This document shows, piece by piece, positions 58,830 through 64,000 of a stretch of 64,000 nt of DNA. The DNA is from the human T2T-CHM13v2.0 reference genome, Homo sapiens. The notes beneath the pieces are model-generated. The model did no database searches and was not told the DNA's origin. It worked only from the letters and a program-made list of their open reading frames with translations. The first letter of the stretch is position 1. The number at the start of each line of letters is the position of its first letter. The stretch lies in NCBI RefSeq assembly GCF_009914755.1, contig NC_060926.1, one strand, 5' to 3'. The position numbers and the translations under genes were made by a program.

Positions 58830-58836
58830 ATCTATC
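58775..58836. repeat. (TATC)n tetranucleotide microsatellite
   Basis: About 10 uninterrupted TATC units plus interrupted flanks. Confidence 0.97.
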
Positions 58837-59645
58837 TTACATATTATATGTGTTTATTTAAATTTATTTAAATTATAATCGTTTCCAAAGTATTATAAGT
58901 AGCAAAAATTAGTTGCAGTCGTGTCAGGCATGTTGTATTAAATTATTTGCTTGGAATCAGCTACTCCTCCACCATAGGAGGAGATTTAATGATCATGTCT
59001 ATACCATATTTTAGGGGTGACTTATAAGTAACCCTGGTAAATAAGTACAATAACTTGTATTAAATATTTGTTCAGATATTTATATGTGCTGTAAGCTTTT
59101 AACATCAACTTATCCTATGATGGATCTTCTCAGAGAAAGCTATTATACAAAATCTTTGCATTTGAAATATACAGACTAGAATCAAGTCATGACTAGATAA
59201 AGCATTTTAAGGGCATTTTAGAGAAATCTTTTTCAAAAAGGATCACATCTACAATATTTCTGTACCACAAAGTCCAACAAAATTGATTATATAGAGATAA
59301 TTTGAGGTGAGATTTTCTGCTCTAGCTTTTCCCAGAAGAAGCACATACTTTTTGGGCTGTCAATAAATAGAAACTTTTTTTTGGTGAGGGATGCTACTCT
59401 TGGTTCTAAATATATTCTATACATTTTGAGATTGAAATGCTCCCCATTACTTTACCAGCCCATTACTTTACCAGTTTCATAATTCTCAATAAAATAATAG
59501 AAATGTTAAGATGTATTTAATTCAACTCAGTGAAGTACATGGAAAATGTTTCTTGCCTTTCCACATGTGATCCTCATAGTAAACAAACAAGCAAAAAAAA
59601 CATAAAAAGGCAAGCCAAAATCAAGACCGTTATTCAAAATCAAAC

Positions 59646-60073
59646 TGATACAGTTTGAAGGTATGACCCTGCCAAATCTCAGATTGAATTGTAATCCCCA
59701 GTGTTGGAGGTGGGGCCTAGTGGGAGGTGTTTGGATCATACAGGCGGATCCCTCATGAATGGCTTGGGCAATTCCCTTGGTGGTAAGTGAGCACTCTCTC
59801 TGAGCTCACATGAGATCTGGTGGTTTAAAAATTTGTGGCACCTTCCCCACCACTCTCTCTCACTTGCTCCTGCTTTCACCATGTGGCATGCTTGTTCTCC
59901 CTTCACCTTCTACCATAATTGAAAGCTCCCTGAGGCTTCACCAGAAACCAAACAGATGCCAGCACCATGTTTCCTATAAGGCTTGAAGAACTTTGAACCA
60001 ATAAACCTCTTTTCTTTATAAATCACTCAGCCTCAGATATTTCTTTTTAACGATGTAAGAACAACCTAATATA
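59646..60073 (+). mobile_element. MSTB MaLR solo LTR
   Basis: aattgtaatccccagtgttggaggtggggcc...ggatccctcatgaatggcttgg; TSD caaac/taaac. Confidence 0.9.
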
Positions 60074-60233
60074 TAAACACTAAAGTTGTTCCCACTTAAT
60101 ATCCAGAGAAACTTTATATTACAAAATTCAGAAAGCCACCTTCATTATTGAAAGCATATCACAGGAAAGTTTCTAAGTGAAATTCAGAGTAATGGCAGAA
60201 TATAACATCCATATAACTAGTCACACATTCTAG

Positions 60234-60680
<447 letters not shown>

Positions 60681-61239
60681 AGGTTTCATAAGGTTTTTAA
60701 GATTTCTTAGATAGGTATAGGTCCAGGAATAGCTTCTTGAGAAGTAGTCAGAAACTACATAAGTAAGGTCCTTATTTAGCAAAAAAACTAAAAATATTTC
60801 TCTAGAAATAGTCAACAAGGTAACAAAAACAGAGTGTAAAAAAAAATAAATCTATGGTTTTTCATACTTATCAAGTAGTTTTTTATTGATAAATTTGTTC
60901 TCACAATAAATTTAGTTATTTTAGTTTATCTCTAATGGGTTACTCTATTAAACACTGATTTATTTCACTCTGAATATTAGTTGCTATATTCATGCCATCT
61001 CCTCCATGTCTTTCTCTTTCACGTTGTCATTTTACTTATAAATAATATATCAAAATATATTTATTCTTCCCTATCACCTTCACTTATCACAATTTTATAT
61101 ATTTCCATGAGATTTATGTGTGTAATAAAAAAGGTATTTGATCACAAACATTGACTTTCTCTTCTTCCGCATATATAGCAATATAAATGAAGCTGGATTG
61201 CAGCAAGTTCTATTACATTTCTCTACATTGGCTTCTGTG

Positions 61240-61730
61240 TAATATTGAGTTTTGAAGTCAGACTGATCAAAGTCAGACTTTCATTTGCTAGGCTTATGGC
61301 ATTGAATGAGTTAGTAATTGCTCAAAGAAATAGTTACCTCAACACAAATATGGTATACTAATATCTATCATTTAAGTGATTCAGAGTACCAAATTAAATG
61401 GGATAATATTAATATATGCAATAGTCTTGACACACGTTAAGTTATATAAACTCATCTCTAATAAAATATATGTTTATTCGGTGACAGTATGCACAGCGGA
61501 AAAACTGCAGACTTTTCATACAAGCTTATTTGGGTTTAATCTTGGCTCTGTTACTTCCCAGCTGTGTATCCATGGGCATTTATATAATATTTTGAGCTTT
61601 CTATTTGTTCATTAGCAAAATGAGAAACAGAAAACCAGTATCAGAGAATTATTATGAGATTCAGATGAGGCAGTGTATATAAAGCTCTAGTACATACATA
61701 AGAGACGTTCAATACGAATCAGTTCCCTTC
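61240..61730 (+). mobile_element. Two consecutive MIR SINEs
   Basis: ttgggtttaatcttggctctgttacttcccagctgtgtatccatgggca...caaaatgag, with a similar more decayed copy upstream. Confidence 0.65.
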
Positions 61731-61784
61731 TCCTCTCCTTCCACAGAGTATAAAACCCTGGCCCGTAACACACTCCTGAAAATT

Positions 61785-62150
61785 ATTCATTCATCCAAGA
61801 AATATTTTAATATGTCTACTATGTGGAAAATATGTACATCTGTATCCTGTATCTATGGATACAGTAGTGCCAAAGAAAGACAATGTTCCTACTGTTATGG
61901 AACTTACATCCTACAAGTCAAACCAACAATGCAAACAAATAAATGAATAAAATAATTTTAGATAGTAATAAGGCCATAAAAAATCTCAATTATATGATTA
62001 AAAATAATTATGCGAGGGGAGATGTAATTATTAAATTGGGTGGCCAAGGATAGTGTATCTGAGGAGGTGATATTTTAGCAGAATAAAAGAAGGATTAAGC
62101 CACACAATAACTTGAGAAGAGAGAATGCTTGGCAAGAAAAAACAAAGTAT
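61785..62150 (-). mobile_element. L2 3' fragment
   Basis: attcattcatccaagaaatattttaatatgtctactatgtg...tctgaggaggtgatatttt. Confidence 0.7.
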
Positions 62151-62559
62151 ACATAGTTGGATATTATGATTAGAGATTAGATAGATGCACTGAGTTCACT
62201 GTAGAGGAATTTGAGTTATGTAGAAAAAGAAAAGGTAGATGGACTAGAGAAAATGTGGAGAGTCAAAGTGAAAAATATATTCTAGGAGAGAGAAAAAACG
62301 TATAAGCAGGCTTTTAGATCATTTAAAACCAACCTATCATACTATAGATGCTTCATTGCAGACTTCAAAATGAAGACATATGGCTTCCGACACCCAAGAA
62401 CATTCCTTAGCTTATCCCAAACTGTTATGTGTTAAGCTAAATTTACTATTACACGTCTTTTTAATACCATCCCCATTGTAGGGCACAATCCTATAGAAAA
62501 CATTAAAGGAGTGGTTAATAATGTATTTTCATGGATTTTCCTTGTAACACTAATAAAAG

Positions 62560-62790
62560 AAAACAAAACCACCAAAGTATTCAGCAATAGAAAATATGCT
62601 GATTAAACTGTGGTTCTCTCATACAAGGAAATTTTATACAGTGTTTTAAAAAGATGATATAGGTCCATATTAAGATGATAATGTCATCAACAAATTGAAT
62701 AAAATATTAGGTTATATAACATCAGGTACAGTTTAAGGCAATTTTTGTAAAATTATCCCCTTCTATTTAGAAACCATCGCGTGTGTCTGT
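62560..62790 (+). mobile_element. Ancient L1ME-type 3' UTR fragment
   Basis: aaagtattcagcaatagaaaat...taaactgtggtt...catacaaggaaattttatacag. Confidence 0.45.
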
Positions 62791-64000
62791 GTGTGCACAT
62801 GCATGCACGAAATGATGGCTATATATCTATTTCTACAAATGGAAAAATATTCAGTAACATAATCATTATATGTATCTTCAAGGAATGGTGTTTTTTACTG
62901 AGTTCTTACTTTAAAAATTTGTCCTATATTGTGATTTCCTTTATAATAAGATTATATGTGGCCCAAACAGAATATTTTCCATGTTTAAAATAGAAGACAC
63001 CAATAATATAAACATTTTGGCCTCTATTTCTCAAATTAGGTCATCATAGTTTTTAGAAATACTTCTTAGGGTTTTACCTCCTATATCAGCTTTCTATTAC
63101 TTTAAGCTGTAACACAATGATAATATATTTCAATTTGGGTATGGTGCTCCTATTCTTGCTATTCTAAGTATTAAAAAATGCACTTTATTTTTTTTTAAAC
63201 TCTCCTAGCTATACACATTTTTCTGCTTAAAGAATATTTAAGTATTAACAATTTGCTGAAATTTTTACTTTGAGTTTTACAGGTTTATAGTTTTAGTGTC
63301 CATTCCTAAGAAGATGGACTTATTTTAATACTCTTATAAATCATTGAACCTTAGATAAGGAAACAGAAGATGAAATTCAGAAGATACAGACACCAAGGGA
63401 ATCATATTTAATCCTCATAGTTCAAATAAGGAATGATAGGTTAGGTCTTGGCATTGTTAGCCTATCATATAACTGAAACATAATGAAGCCACAGAAAACC
63501 TAAGGTAATCTAAAAATTCAACAAAGGAAACAAAACTTCTGTTTAGACATGGGGAAAAGATTGATGTCAGGTGTAAATACCTCCAATGTTTGTTCTTTAT
63601 ATTTCATATAAACTTGGAAAGCATGGGAAGACACCTTTCAGAGAGAAAAACAGAAAAAGTTCTCCTTAAGAGAAACTTAAAATAACTCTACCTATTCATC
63701 CCTCTGAAACAGGTATGACATTGCATCATAATATATGAGAATTAGTGTGAAACCAGAATTTAAACTGATATGTTTGCCAGTGTCAGACTTGCTTGGATAG
63801 ATGAAAAATGAAACTTCAGCTACTTTTAAACATTTACAGATGTTCTGATGGTTTATGTGCATGAAAATGTGCGTGCGTGTGTGTCTGTGTATTCTGTCCT
63901 GCTAATGCAGTTGAAACAACAAATTCACTTGGCTTTCATCTGACTTCCTCTGACTTCCAGTGTCAAAAATTGATTATTATCAGAGACAAGGAAAATAATG

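Noticed and set aside
57401-59474. Micro-duplications (ccatatttattata x2 at ~57401; cccattactttaccag x2 at ~59444)
   Set aside because: Ordinary slippage indels

Overview
AT-rich, CpG-poor primate genomic DNA, most likely human or another catarrhine (AluY/AluS/AluJ, THE1, MSTB, L1PA/PB/MA/MB and an ERVK LTR are present). It reads as intergenic or deep intronic sequence. I can support no protein-coding exon, structural RNA gene or CpG-island promoter. The ORF track consists of Alu/L1/LTR read-throughs and chance ORFs. The centre holds a full-length antisense L1PB with an intact 13-bp TSD (21.9-28.8 kb) and a ~13-kb nested stack built on an old L1MB (30.3-43.2 kb), containing an inner L1MA-type insertion, an ERVK solo LTR, Tigger elements and Alus. 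I found no evidence for a new biological system. The best oddities are structural: an Alu tail replaced by a (CCCCG)n G4/Sp1 tract; a local duplication cluster at 15.5-18.2 kb; a fold-back LTR at 8.1-8.7 kb; an LTR flanked by ~180-bp direct repeats; a candidate L1 3' transduction; an exact 28-bp repeat 1 kb apart; and a few candidate enhancers and non-coding exons. Subfamily names come from recalled consensus sequences, and identities are by-eye estimates.
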